From NCBI RefSeq assembly GCF_913019975.1, contig NZ_CAJWBH010000015.1: DNA of 64,000 nt, one strand, 5' to 3'. The notes under the pieces are model-generated. The model made no database searches. It worked only from the letters and a program-made list of their open reading frames with translations, and was not told the origin of the DNA. Made by a program: the position numbers and the translations under genes. Numbering within the stretch: position 1 is the first letter of the stretch; every line of letters begins with the position of its first letter. This DNA comes from Thalassolituus maritimus. Lineage in GTDB: Bacteria; Pseudomonadota; Gammaproteobacteria; Pseudomonadales; Oceanobacteraceae. Shown one piece after another: positions 18,390-26,971 of this stretch.

Positions 18390-18829
18390 GTGCGGACCGG
18401 CGCTTCTGGGAAACGACACCTTTAAAAGAGATGAGTCGGCAGCAGTGGGAATCCCTCTGCGACGGTTGTGCTTTATGCTGTCTGCATAAGCTGGAAGACG
18501 AAGACAGTGGTGATGTTTATTACACCGATATTCACTGCCGCTATATGGATAAGAGCAACTGCCAATGCACAGTTTATAAGGAGCGGCAGACCTACGTGCC
18601 TCACTGTGTCTGGTTAACACCAGAGCAGGCTTCTGAGTTTCACTGGTTGCCAGAGACCTGTGCTTACCGCCTTGTTGCTGAAGGTAAGCCACTGCAAGAG
18701 TGGCACCCGCTATTAACTGGGGATGCAGACTCCGTTCATCGTGCTGGTGTATCCCTTAAAGGGAAAGGCGTTGCTGATAATCTTGTGAATGAAGAGGATT
18801 GGGAAGATCACATTATATGGAAAGCCTGA
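18386..18829 (+). CDS. ycgN: YcgN-family cysteine-cluster protein
   Basis: WESLCDGCALCCLHKLED, WLPETCAYR. Confidence 0.9.
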   Translation: MSADRRFWETTPLKEMSRQQWESLCDGCALCCLHKLEDEDSGDVYYTDIHCRYMDKSNCQCTVYKERQTYVPHCVWLTPEQASEFHWLPETCAYRLVAEGKPLQEWHPLLTGDADSVHRAGVSLKGKGVADNLVNEEDWEDHIIWKA

Positions 18830-19236
18830 CTGATTATTACGCCTTCTGGGCCATTTATATTCTGGCTGGTCTGCTCGCATTCTGGTGTTGGGGGAAAATG
18901 GCGTTCTGGGTAAAACAGCGTGGAGTTGCTTATCACATTTACAGTGCGGTGGGTGCCATTATCATCTTCACGCCAGTGCCGGTTCCTGATGCCAGTGTTG
19001 AAGTGCTTTCGCCGGGGTTTATCGCGGTACCATTCGCTTTAATATCGGAGGGTCTGGCCGGGTTGGAGCAGTTTGTTACCTGGTTTTCAGTCTCGGCAGG
19101 GATAGCACTGTTGGTGACTCTGGTAGGTCTGGTAGCAGGGCTTGCGCCCAAGCCAAACGTGCAGGAAAAAGATCGCGAAACGCCCCCTCTGCGCGCTAAA
19201 AACGCGGCTCCAGTTAAGGGAAACCCTTTCCGCTGA
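18817..19236 (+). CDS. hypothetical inner-membrane protein (about 3 TM)
   Basis: Three hydrophobic segments; overlaps the ycgN stop. Confidence 0.7.
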   Translation: MESLTDYYAFWAIYILAGLLAFWCWGKMAFWVKQRGVAYHIYSAVGAIIIFTPVPVPDASVEVLSPGFIAVPFALISEGLAGLEQFVTWFSVSAGIALLVTLVGLVAGLAPKPNVQEKDRETPPLRAKNAAPVKGNPFR

Positions 19237-19499
19237 ACGGTGCAAGGACTGCTGTCTTGCTTGTCTGTCAATCTCTATCTGCAGCTGTGATCGTGCTGTT
19301 TTGGCACAACGGAACATACTTCCATGTCCCTCCTGTATCTTTGTTCTGCTGTGACTTACAAGCTGATACGTACATTTCTGGCTAACTCTCAAAACTTTGC
19401 TAGTTTTAATTCATACCGTGCCCAGATTGGGCACAGAATTAAAAACGCATGTCTGATTAGTGACACAGGCACCTGGCGGTGCTACTGAGGGTTTAGAAA

Positions 19500-20168
19500 A
19501 TGGCTAACCATATATTCATTCTTGCTACCGTAATGCTTCTTGCAGGGATCTTCGGCGGTCTGGTGAACTTTTACCTCTACGGTGATAAAGATCCGGATTC
19601 GGCAAGTCTTCCGCGATTTCTGGTTGTAGGTGTGGGCGCATCGTTCCTGGTACCGGTTGTTCTGGATATGGTGAACAGCGAGCTGGTTCTTGAAAGTCAG
19701 GGCGACCCCTCTCAGCTACTCATTTTCACCGGTTTCTGTCTGGTTTCAGCGCTGCTGAGTCGCTTTGTTATCGACAATATGTCGGATCGGATTCTCAACG
19801 AAGCGAATGTTGCTCGTCAGCGTTCTGAAGAAGTCGAGCAGGATCTTCGTATTATTCAGAATGAGCTGCTCCCTCTGATTGATACTGAAACCGAAAAAGA
19901 CATGAGTGGTTACGATCCGCAGATGGCGAATGTGTCAGAAGAGCTGGACACAACCTCTACCCAAATCCTCAAAATTCTGTCCAACGGTCGGTATATCTTC
20001 CGCTCACTGGCAGGGGTGTGTCGTGAGTGCAATCAGGAAGAGTCGACAGTACTGAAAACACTGCACGTACTGACTACACGTAGCCTTGCAGGCAAGGTGA
20101 GTGGTAAGAATGGTGTGCGCTGGCACATCACAGAGAAAGGTCGTCGTGTTCTCGAAAATAGCCTCTGA
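19500..20168 (+). CDS. YEATS-associated three-TM (YLATT-like) protein with a C-terminal winged-helix-like region
   Basis: 'LLAGIFGGLVN..GVGASFLVP..IFTGFC..ALLSRFVIDNMSDRI' then a coiled coil and 'ILKILSNGRYIFRSLAGV..WHITEKGR'. Confidence 0.6.
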   Translation: MANHIFILATVMLLAGIFGGLVNFYLYGDKDPDSASLPRFLVVGVGASFLVPVVLDMVNSELVLESQGDPSQLLIFTGFCLVSALLSRFVIDNMSDRILNEANVARQRSEEVEQDLRIIQNELLPLIDTETEKDMSGYDPQMANVSEELDTTSTQILKILSNGRYIFRSLAGVCRECNQEESTVLKTLHVLTTRSLAGKVSGKNGVRWHITEKGRRVLENSL

Positions 20169-20228
20169 TTCTGATTGAGCTTGAACTTGAGCTTGAAGGT
20201 GACTGAGTTAAAGGGAGTCGGAGCTTTT

Positions 20229-22424
20229 ATGCTGCTTTTCCGAGCGATTTTTCTGGCGGTGTTCTTCACCGCTTTAACCCTCAGCGTCCGGGCTGAAGAG
20301 TCTCAGGCTCCGGACGTAAGAATCGTGATCGATATCTCCGGTAGCATGAAGGAGACAGATCCTGAAAACCTCAGACGTCCGGCACTTAATCTGCTGACAG
20401 AATTATTACCTGAAGGGGCCCGCGCCGGTGTCTGGACCTTCGGGCGCTACGTGAATATGTTGGTGCCGCTTGCTACCGTAGATGAAGCTTGGCGCCAGAA
20501 AGCGCGCGCAGCCAGCGGTGATATCAGCTCTGTCGGTCTCAATACCAACCTCGTTGAAGCCCTCGATAAAGCCCTTTATGAGGCGACTCAGAACAGTCAG
20601 TTTGATCAGACAGTCATTCTCCTGACCGATGGTCGGATTGATATGGATACCTCCGGTGGTGCCCCTGACACGCCGGCGAATACAGCCGCTCGCGAAAGGC
20701 TTATCAGCACGGTTCTTCCTGAGTACATGTCAAAGAATGTCCGTATTCACACTCTTGCCCTGTCCGATGCCGCAGACGTTACTATGCTTGGGCAGCTTGC
20801 TATGGAAACAGACGGTCTCGCGCTGAAAGCGCATACCAATGACGAGCTGATGCCAGCATTTCTTAAAGCATTTGATCGTGCCGTACCAAGCGAGCAGGTT
20901 CCGCTTGTTGGAAATACCTTCAATATTGACCCGAGTGTTAACGAATTTACTGCGCTGATTTTCAGGGCAGCTTCCAGCAAACCTACGGAACTGGTGTCGC
21001 CCTCTGGTGTGCGTATCTCTCAGGATTCTGCAGCGACATCTGCTGATGTCCGCTGGCATCATGACCTGAACTTCGACCTGATTACTGTGAAGTCTCCTGA
21101 AACCGGAGACTGGGTCGCCGATGCCGACGTCGCTCCTGACAGTCGGGTGCAGATTTTGTCTGATCTCAAACTAAAAGTGTCTGGCCTGCCGGGAAGCCTT
21201 TTTTCTGGTGTGCCGGTGCAGCTTGAAATGTCTCTTGAGAATGAAGGCGAAACAGTAAATGAAGAGACCATTCTGCAACTGACGGATGTCAGCCTTCAGG
21301 TCACTGCACCGGATGGCCGTACAGGGAGCAAGTTGCTGTCTGACCCGGAGAGCCTGCCTGTTGATGGGATATTCAGAGAGACCCTGAGTCGGTTGAATCA
21401 GCCCGGAGAATATAGGCTGGAGATTAATGCTCAGGGGCGTACATTCGAGCGCAAGCAGGTTCTGACGGCAACGCTGGCTGAGCCGATGCGGGTCGATGTT
21501 ACTCCTGATGTCGGGCAGCAGATACTTAACGTGCGTGTGTACCCACAAAGTGACCTCGTAGATACTGCTCTGTCGCGGGTGATTTCCAGAATATCCAGCC
21601 CGGATGGTAGCTCGGTGATTAACGCTATGGAGTATTCAGAAGGCAGCGGCGCCTGGGAACTCGCGCTTGTCGCCGACAAAGGCCCAGGCAGTTACGAGGT
21701 TATGCTAAACATCCGTGGAGTGTCGGCCAGCGGTAAGACATTTAAGAGTAAACCAGAAAGCATTCCTGTGATCTTTCCTTTGGTCTCTGAAGTAAGTACC
21801 CCAGTTACCGAAGCGCCAGATCCAGAGCCGGTGAATGAAGAGGTCAGGGAACCTGATATCAGGGGTGAGCAAGCGGCTGTTCAGAACGCACCAGAGCCTA
21901 CTGTGAGTGAAACTGCTGCAGCACAACCTGATTCGTCTGAAGAGGCACCTGCGGAACCTGAGGTCGTGCCTGTATCTGATGAAATTGTTCCTGATCTGGC
22001 GGCGAGATACAGTGAGCAGTCTGCTGTCGAAGAAGTTGGGCCAGAAGAGGAGTCGGGTGTTGCCTGGTGGGTATACGTCCTGCTTGGGGTGGCAAATCTG
22101 GCACTTCTAGGTGGGCTGGCGTGGTGGTGGCTGGGGAGGCGCAAAGGAAAATCTGAGAGCGCGGAAGACGTAGCCGCACGCGAAGCGTTGGATCTGGAGA
22201 CAGGGCAGCTTGATGACGCCGATCTGGATTCCGCTGACTTTGATAACTTTGACGGTGCGGAGGAGGAAGAAATTCCTGCAGCGGAGGAAGAAAGCAAGGT
22301 CACTGCTTCTATGGGAGGAGACACCGATATGGGGAGTTCTGAACCCGCAGCGGATGCAGCAGATTCAGCCGATGAAGACGATGACTGGGGGGAATTCGAC
22401 CTCCCGGACGACAAAAAAGAATAG
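20229..22424 (+). CDS. exported vWA (MIDAS) protein with C-terminal TM and acidic tail
   Basis: Signal peptide; DISGSM, LLTDGRID; beta-rich middle; TM VAWWVYVLLG..WWWLG-RRK; Asp/Glu-rich tail. Confidence 0.78.
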   Translation: MLLFRAIFLAVFFTALTLSVRAEESQAPDVRIVIDISGSMKETDPENLRRPALNLLTELLPEGARAGVWTFGRYVNMLVPLATVDEAWRQKARAASGDISSVGLNTNLVEALDKALYEATQNSQFDQTVILLTDGRIDMDTSGGAPDTPANTAARERLISTVLPEYMSKNVRIHTLALSDAADVTMLGQLAMETDGLALKAHTNDELMPAFLKAFDRAVPSEQVPLVGNTFNIDPSVNEFTALIFRAASSKPTELVSPSGVRISQDSAATSADVRWHHDLNFDLITVKSPETGDWVADADVAPDSRVQILSDLKLKVSGLPGSLFSGVPVQLEMSLENEGETVNEETILQLTDVSLQVTAPDGRTGSKLLSDPESLPVDGIFRETLSRLNQPGEYRLEINAQGRTFERKQVLTATLAEPMRVDVTPDVGQQILNVRVYPQSDLVDTALSRVISRISSPDGSSVINAMEYSEGSGAWELALVADKGPGSYEVMLNIRGVSASGKTFKSKPESIPVIFPLVSEVSTPVTEAPDPEPVNEEVREPDIRGEQAAVQNAPEPTVSETAAAQPDSSEEAPAEPEVVPVSDEIVPDLAARYSEQSAVEEVGPEEESGVAWWVYVLLGVANLALLGGLAWWWLGRRKGKSESAEDVAAREALDLETGQLDDADLDSADFDNFDGAEEEEIPAAEEESKVTASMGGDTDMGSSEPAADAADSADEDDDWGEFDLPDDKKE

Positions 22425-22438
22425 CGCTTATATTATGA

Positions 22439-22460
22439 CCGCCTCCGGTACCGGAGGCGG
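22439..22460. terminator. perfect 22-bp palindrome / hairpin after the vWA gene
   Basis: ccgcctccggt-accggaggcgg; no long U tract. Confidence 0.55.
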
Positions 22461-22584
22461 CTTCTGTACAATTATCCCTTTCTGTCTGATTTTAAAGCCT
22501 TTTTCTGGTCCTGCCTTGCTGTACTAAAGCGGCCTCCTTATACTCTGGCCAGTCAAGAATCAGAGATCGAGAGGTTAAGTCCTG

Positions 22585-23427
22585 ATGAAATTCCAGGGTA
22601 CCGGTGAATACGTAGCGACACCTGAGCTGCAAATGGCAGTCAACGCAGCAATTACATTGCAGCGACCACTCCTGCTGAAAGGTGAGCCAGGAACCGGTAA
22701 AACAATGCTGGCAGAGCAACTGGCCACTTCATTGGGCACTGACCTTATCCAATGGCACATCAAGAGTACGACCAAGGCTCATCAGGGGCTCTATGAGTAC
22801 GATGCCGTCAGTCGTCTGCGCGACTCGCAACTTGGTGTTGATGGTGTCAATGATATTTCGAACTACATCGTTAAAGGTAAGCTCTGGGAAGCTTTTGAAG
22901 CGGATAAGCCTGTTGTTCTGCTGATCGACGAGATTGATAAAGCGGATATCGAGTTCCCGAACGACCTTCTTCTCGAAATCGATAAGATGGAGTTCTTCGT
23001 GTATGAAACTCAGGAGCGCATCGTTGCTAAGCACCGCCCAATTATTCTGATTACCAGCAATAACGAGAAAGAATTGCCTGACGCATTCCTGCGCCGCTGC
23101 TTCTTCCATTATATCGACTTCCCTGATCGCGAAACCATGAAGGCGATCGTTGATGTGCATTTCCCGAATATTCAGGCGGAGCTGGTCAATGACGCGCTTG
23201 AAGTCTTCTTTGACGTGCGCAAAGTACCGGGGCTGAAGAAAAAACCGTCAACTTCTGAACTGGTTGACTGGCTGAAGCTGCTGATGGCCGATGAACTCGG
23301 CGTCGAGTTATTACGTAATCACGATACTACCAAGGCAATTCCACCCATGGCGGGTGCTCTGGTGAAGAATGAGCAGGATGTGCACTTGCTGGAGCGTCTT
23401 GCGTTTATGAGTCGCCGTCGGGGCTGA
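22585..23427 (+). CDS. MoxR-family AAA+ ATPase
   Basis: KGEPGTGKT, LIDEIDKAD.EFPNDLL, TSNNEKELPDAFLRRC. Confidence 0.92.
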   Translation: MKFQGTGEYVATPELQMAVNAAITLQRPLLLKGEPGTGKTMLAEQLATSLGTDLIQWHIKSTTKAHQGLYEYDAVSRLRDSQLGVDGVNDISNYIVKGKLWEAFEADKPVVLLIDEIDKADIEFPNDLLLEIDKMEFFVYETQERIVAKHRPIILITSNNEKELPDAFLRRCFFHYIDFPDRETMKAIVDVHFPNIQAELVNDALEVFFDVRKVPGLKKKPSTSELVDWLKLLMADELGVELLRNHDTTKAIPPMAGALVKNEQDVHLLERLAFMSRRRG

Positions 23428-23429
23428 TC

Positions 23430-24611
23430 ATGCTGATCGACTTTTTCGATACGGTTCGTCGCGCAAAAGTACCTTGCTCGATTCGCGAGTACCTTGACCT
23501 CGTTGAGGCGGTTCAGGCGCGGGTAGCCTTTGCAGACCTTGAAGAGTTCTACGCGCTTGCACGTTTGATCCTTGTAAAGGACGAAAAGCACTACGATAAG
23601 TTCGACAAGGCCTTTGCCGCCTACTTTGAGGGTATTGAAGCACTGCCTTCATTGTTCGATGACGCCAGTATCCCTGCTGAATGGATGCGCAAAGAGATGG
23701 AGAAGCTGCTCTCTGAAGAGGAAATGGCGAAGATTGAATCGCTGGGCGGCTTCGATGAACTGATGAAAACCCTGCAGGAGCGCCTCGAAGAGCAGAAAAA
23801 GCGCCATCAGGGTGGAAATAAAATGATCGGTACAGGCGGAACATCACCGTTTGGTGCTGAAGGTTACAACCCGGAAGGGGTTCGTATTGATCAGAATCGT
23901 TCCCGTCATAAAAAAGCGGCGAAAGTATGGGAACAGAGAAATTACAAAAATCTCGATGACAATGTGCAGCTCGGTATACGGAACATCAAAGTAGCGTTGC
24001 GTCGTCTTCGTCGGTTTGCGCGCCAGGGTGCAGCCGATGAACTTGATATGAATGACACCATCAGTTCTACCGCGCGCAACGCAGGTATGCTCGACATTAA
24101 AATGGTTCCAGAACGGCATAACGCTGTGAAAGTACTGCTCTTTTTTGATGTCGGTGGGTCTATGGACCCTCACGTTCGTGTGTGCGAAGAGCTGTTCTCG
24201 GCTGCTCGTACCGAGTTCAAGCATATGGAAACCTTTTACTTCCATAACTGCCTGTATGAATCCGTCTGGAAGAATAATATCCGCCGTATGAACGAGCGCA
24301 CAGAAACATGGGACATTTTGCGCAAGTATGGACAGGATTACCGCGTTATCTTTGTGGGCGATGCCATGATGGCGCCGTATGAGGTAACTCATGCGGGAGG
24401 AAGCGTCGAACACTGGAATGAAGAGCCGGGCGCGGTCTGGATGGAACGCATGGCGAATCACTTCGATAAACTGGTCTGGTTGAACCCAGCGCCGGAAGAC
24501 CATTGGGGGAATGGCGGCTCGCTGGGGGCGATTCGTACATTGGTCAAAGATAAAATGTATCCCATGACCCTTTCAGGTCTTGAGGATGCTATGAGATTTC
24601 TCAGCAAATAG
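23430..24611 (+). CDS. vWA-domain (CoxE-like) partner of MoxR
   Basis: GTGGTSPFG, DVGGSMD, YFHNC, VGDAMMAPYE. Confidence 0.88.
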   Translation: MLIDFFDTVRRAKVPCSIREYLDLVEAVQARVAFADLEEFYALARLILVKDEKHYDKFDKAFAAYFEGIEALPSLFDDASIPAEWMRKEMEKLLSEEEMAKIESLGGFDELMKTLQERLEEQKKRHQGGNKMIGTGGTSPFGAEGYNPEGVRIDQNRSRHKKAAKVWEQRNYKNLDDNVQLGIRNIKVALRRLRRFARQGAADELDMNDTISSTARNAGMLDIKMVPERHNAVKVLLFFDVGGSMDPHVRVCEELFSAARTEFKHMETFYFHNCLYESVWKNNIRRMNERTETWDILRKYGQDYRVIFVGDAMMAPYEVTHAGGSVEHWNEEPGAVWMERMANHFDKLVWLNPAPEDHWGNGGSLGAIRTLVKDKMYPMTLSGLEDAMRFLSK

Positions 24612-24680
24612 CTGAAAATAGAAGTCGGAGGAGCTTGTCAGAGAGGGCAGGTTTCCCCGGAAAATAATAAAGAATGCAGG

Positions 24681-25400
24681 ATGTTTTACATGCAGGCGAT
24701 ACGCTTGTTTTCACCACTGCTGACATTGCTGATTGCTACAGGAATCACTCTTGGCGTTGTTAAGCCGGTTGCTGCTGAGCAGGTCTACATAGGCCTGCGC
24801 AATGGGCCGTCTGAGGCCTTTCCTGTCATCTACGAAGTCACCCCATATCGTCGCCTTGAGGTAGTCGCTCGTCGCGGTAGCTGGGTCAAGGCGACTGATG
24901 GGCGGAATAGCGGCTGGCTGCATGTCGATGACCTTCATCTGCTCGAAACCTTTCCCCGCGATGAACTCTGGAAGCTAGTTAATGACGCGCGCCCCGGGAA
25001 AAATCGACTCGAAGTGACCCTTTCAACCGCGAGCGCCTATTCCGTCGGATGGTTGTTTCCTGTCCTCGGAGAGTATGGCTCTGTGCGTTACACTCGCGCT
25101 CCAGAGGGTGATTCGGCGTGGTCAATGCTGGATGTTGGCATCGTTACTCAGTTCGCTCAACCAGCAGATTACTTAACCTTCAGTTGGAGCGCGTTTGCCG
25201 GTTATGCCCAGAGTGAGCGAGGCAATACACATTGGTCTGACACGGCTGAGCCTGTCTGGGTTGGTGCGGTAGGTGTTGAATCAATGTGGCGTGTTGCCCG
25301 GTATTTTGACTTTGGTGCTCGCGGCGAAGTAGGCACAGCACTTGACAGTGAAATGACAACCCACAGGTCTATGTCATTAGTTTGGAGATTACGTTTATGA
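24681..25400 (+). CDS. SH3b-domain exported protein with beta-barrel-like C-terminus
   Basis: Signal peptide; LRNGPSEAFPV..RRGSWVK..GWL SH3b pattern; alternating aromatic strands. Confidence 0.6.
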   Translation: MFYMQAIRLFSPLLTLLIATGITLGVVKPVAAEQVYIGLRNGPSEAFPVIYEVTPYRRLEVVARRGSWVKATDGRNSGWLHVDDLHLLETFPRDELWKLVNDARPGKNRLEVTLSTASAYSVGWLFPVLGEYGSVRYTRAPEGDSAWSMLDVGIVTQFAQPADYLTFSWSAFAGYAQSERGNTHWSDTAEPVWVGAVGVESMWRVARYFDFGARGEVGTALDSEMTTHRSMSLVWRLRL

Positions 25401-26005
25401 CTTCTTTTTTGCGGACGGTGGGGCTTGCTTGTATGGCGTTGTGTTCGCTCAGCGCTGCGGCAGAGGTGTTCAGTCCGGGCAGTCAGAGGAACGGTCTCGA
25501 TGATCTGAGTGAGACTGAAGTCGAACACGGTGTCTTCAGCGTAGGGTATTCCAATGCTCTGGCCTACAACAATGATCCGCAGCCGGGAATTCTGTTCACG
25601 GCGCGCTATTTTGCCGGTGAGAAATGGTATTTGCTGGGTGAGGCTCAGATTGGTCAGTTCAGTACGCGTGCCGTGATTAATGACGGCCAGGAAATACGAA
25701 GCGATGACGAAGAGCTGCTTCGTTACTCTGCGGGAGCGGGTTACGCGCTCCTTCAGGGGACCGCCAGCACCAGCGGAGTCCGTGCCGTGCCGTGGGTGCT
25801 CTCAGCGGAACTTAATGCAGGTGAACAACATTCCGGTGATACCAGTGGTCGTTATGCATCGCTAGGCATGAGCGTTCAGTTTCATGGTGACCGGATCTGG
25901 ACGGGGATAGGCGTGCGTGAGTTTCTGGTCGACGATGAGCGCCTTCAGTCTCTCGAATCTGATGGGGGCACACAGTGGGATATCTCACTCGGTTTGTATT
26001 ACTGA
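25397..26005 (+). CDS. putative small outer-membrane beta-barrel
   Basis: Signal peptide, amphipathic strands, C-terminal DISLGLYY; ATGA coupling. Confidence 0.55.
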   Translation: MTSFLRTVGLACMALCSLSAAAEVFSPGSQRNGLDDLSETEVEHGVFSVGYSNALAYNNDPQPGILFTARYFAGEKWYLLGEAQIGQFSTRAVINDGQEIRSDDEELLRYSAGAGYALLQGTASTSGVRAVPWVLSAELNAGEQHSGDTSGRYASLGMSVQFHGDRIWTGIGVREFLVDDERLQSLESDGGTQWDISLGLYY

Positions 26006-26469
26006 TCGGTCTGGCCCTGCATCTGCAGGCGTCTGAAAGTCTGAAACCGGGGGATATGGTTCCGGACTTTACGTTACCGGCGACGAACGGATTTGGTCAA
26101 AGACTCGAGGAAGCCCGTGGTTCTTATCTGATGTTGATATGGCTTGGAGACTGTGATGAATGTTCCGAGCGTCTCGTCAGATATCAGCTTCTTGCTGAGA
26201 GTCTGGAAATTGAAGGGTTGAAAGGATGGTTTGTCTGGACCCCGAAAGGAAAGCGGCAACCGCCCAATATGCGTATTCCAGTTCTGAAGTACGAGCCGAA
26301 ATGGCGTCAGGGTTGGGTGTTTGATGAGCGACCAGCGGTAATGTTAATTAATGCCGATGGGCGCCTTGATCACCTGATTACAGGTGATCTCAATGATAAT
26401 TATCAGGAAACTGAGCGGGTGGTTATGCGCTGGATGAGCCAGGGCCGTGACTATCAGCAACCGGAGTAG
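25975..26469 (+). CDS. exported redoxin (AhpC/TSA-TlpA fold) with CDEC
   Basis: LKPGDMVPDFTLPATNG; W.GDCDEC; PAVMLINADG; GTG start. Confidence 0.7.
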   Translation: MGYLTRFVLLIGLALHLQASESLKPGDMVPDFTLPATNGFGQRLEEARGSYLMLIWLGDCDECSERLVRYQLLAESLEIEGLKGWFVWTPKGKRQPPNMRIPVLKYEPKWRQGWVFDERPAVMLINADGRLDHLITGDLNDNYQETERVVMRWMSQGRDYQQPE

Positions 26470-26472
26470 ACA

Positions 26473-26970
26473 ATGAAATTTCTGTTAGTTCTGAGCATGC
26501 TGTTTGCCCCTGCCGTCATGGCGGAAGACGCAGCGGTACGTGAACAGGTGATGACAGCAAAAGAAGCGGTGCTTGAGCTAAATCGTGACCTCTATGAGCT
26601 GGAGCGGGAGCTTCTGAGCCCAGCTACGACTCGGGCGGCGTTTCATGTGACTCTTAACCATGGTGAATATTTTGAACCTCTGTCAGTTGAACTCTCGGTA
26701 GATGGCAAGCTTGAACTTCAGCATCTGTATACTGAACGTCAGGTAAAGGCCTTGCGTATGGGCGCGGTACAGCCGCTGGGTGATCTCAACCTTGCACCGG
26801 GCAAACATGAAGTGTCTGTAACTATTCGTGGTGTCGACCACCAGGGTCAGGGGCGTGAACTTGCGATCACTGAAATGATCAGCAAAACCGGTAAACCGCT
26901 TATCACAGAACTCCTGATCGTCGACCGGGATGACCTGCAGAGTGCACGATTACAGCTGAAGTACTGGTAA
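26473..26970 (+). CDS. hypothetical periplasmic protein (coiled coil + beta sandwich)
   Basis: Signal peptide AVMA; operon position. Confidence 0.7.
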   Translation: MKFLLVLSMLFAPAVMAEDAAVREQVMTAKEAVLELNRDLYELERELLSPATTRAAFHVTLNHGEYFEPLSVELSVDGKLELQHLYTERQVKALRMGAVQPLGDLNLAPGKHEVSVTIRGVDHQGQGRELAITEMISKTGKPLITELLIVDRDDLQSARLQLKYW

Positions 26971-26971
26971 T

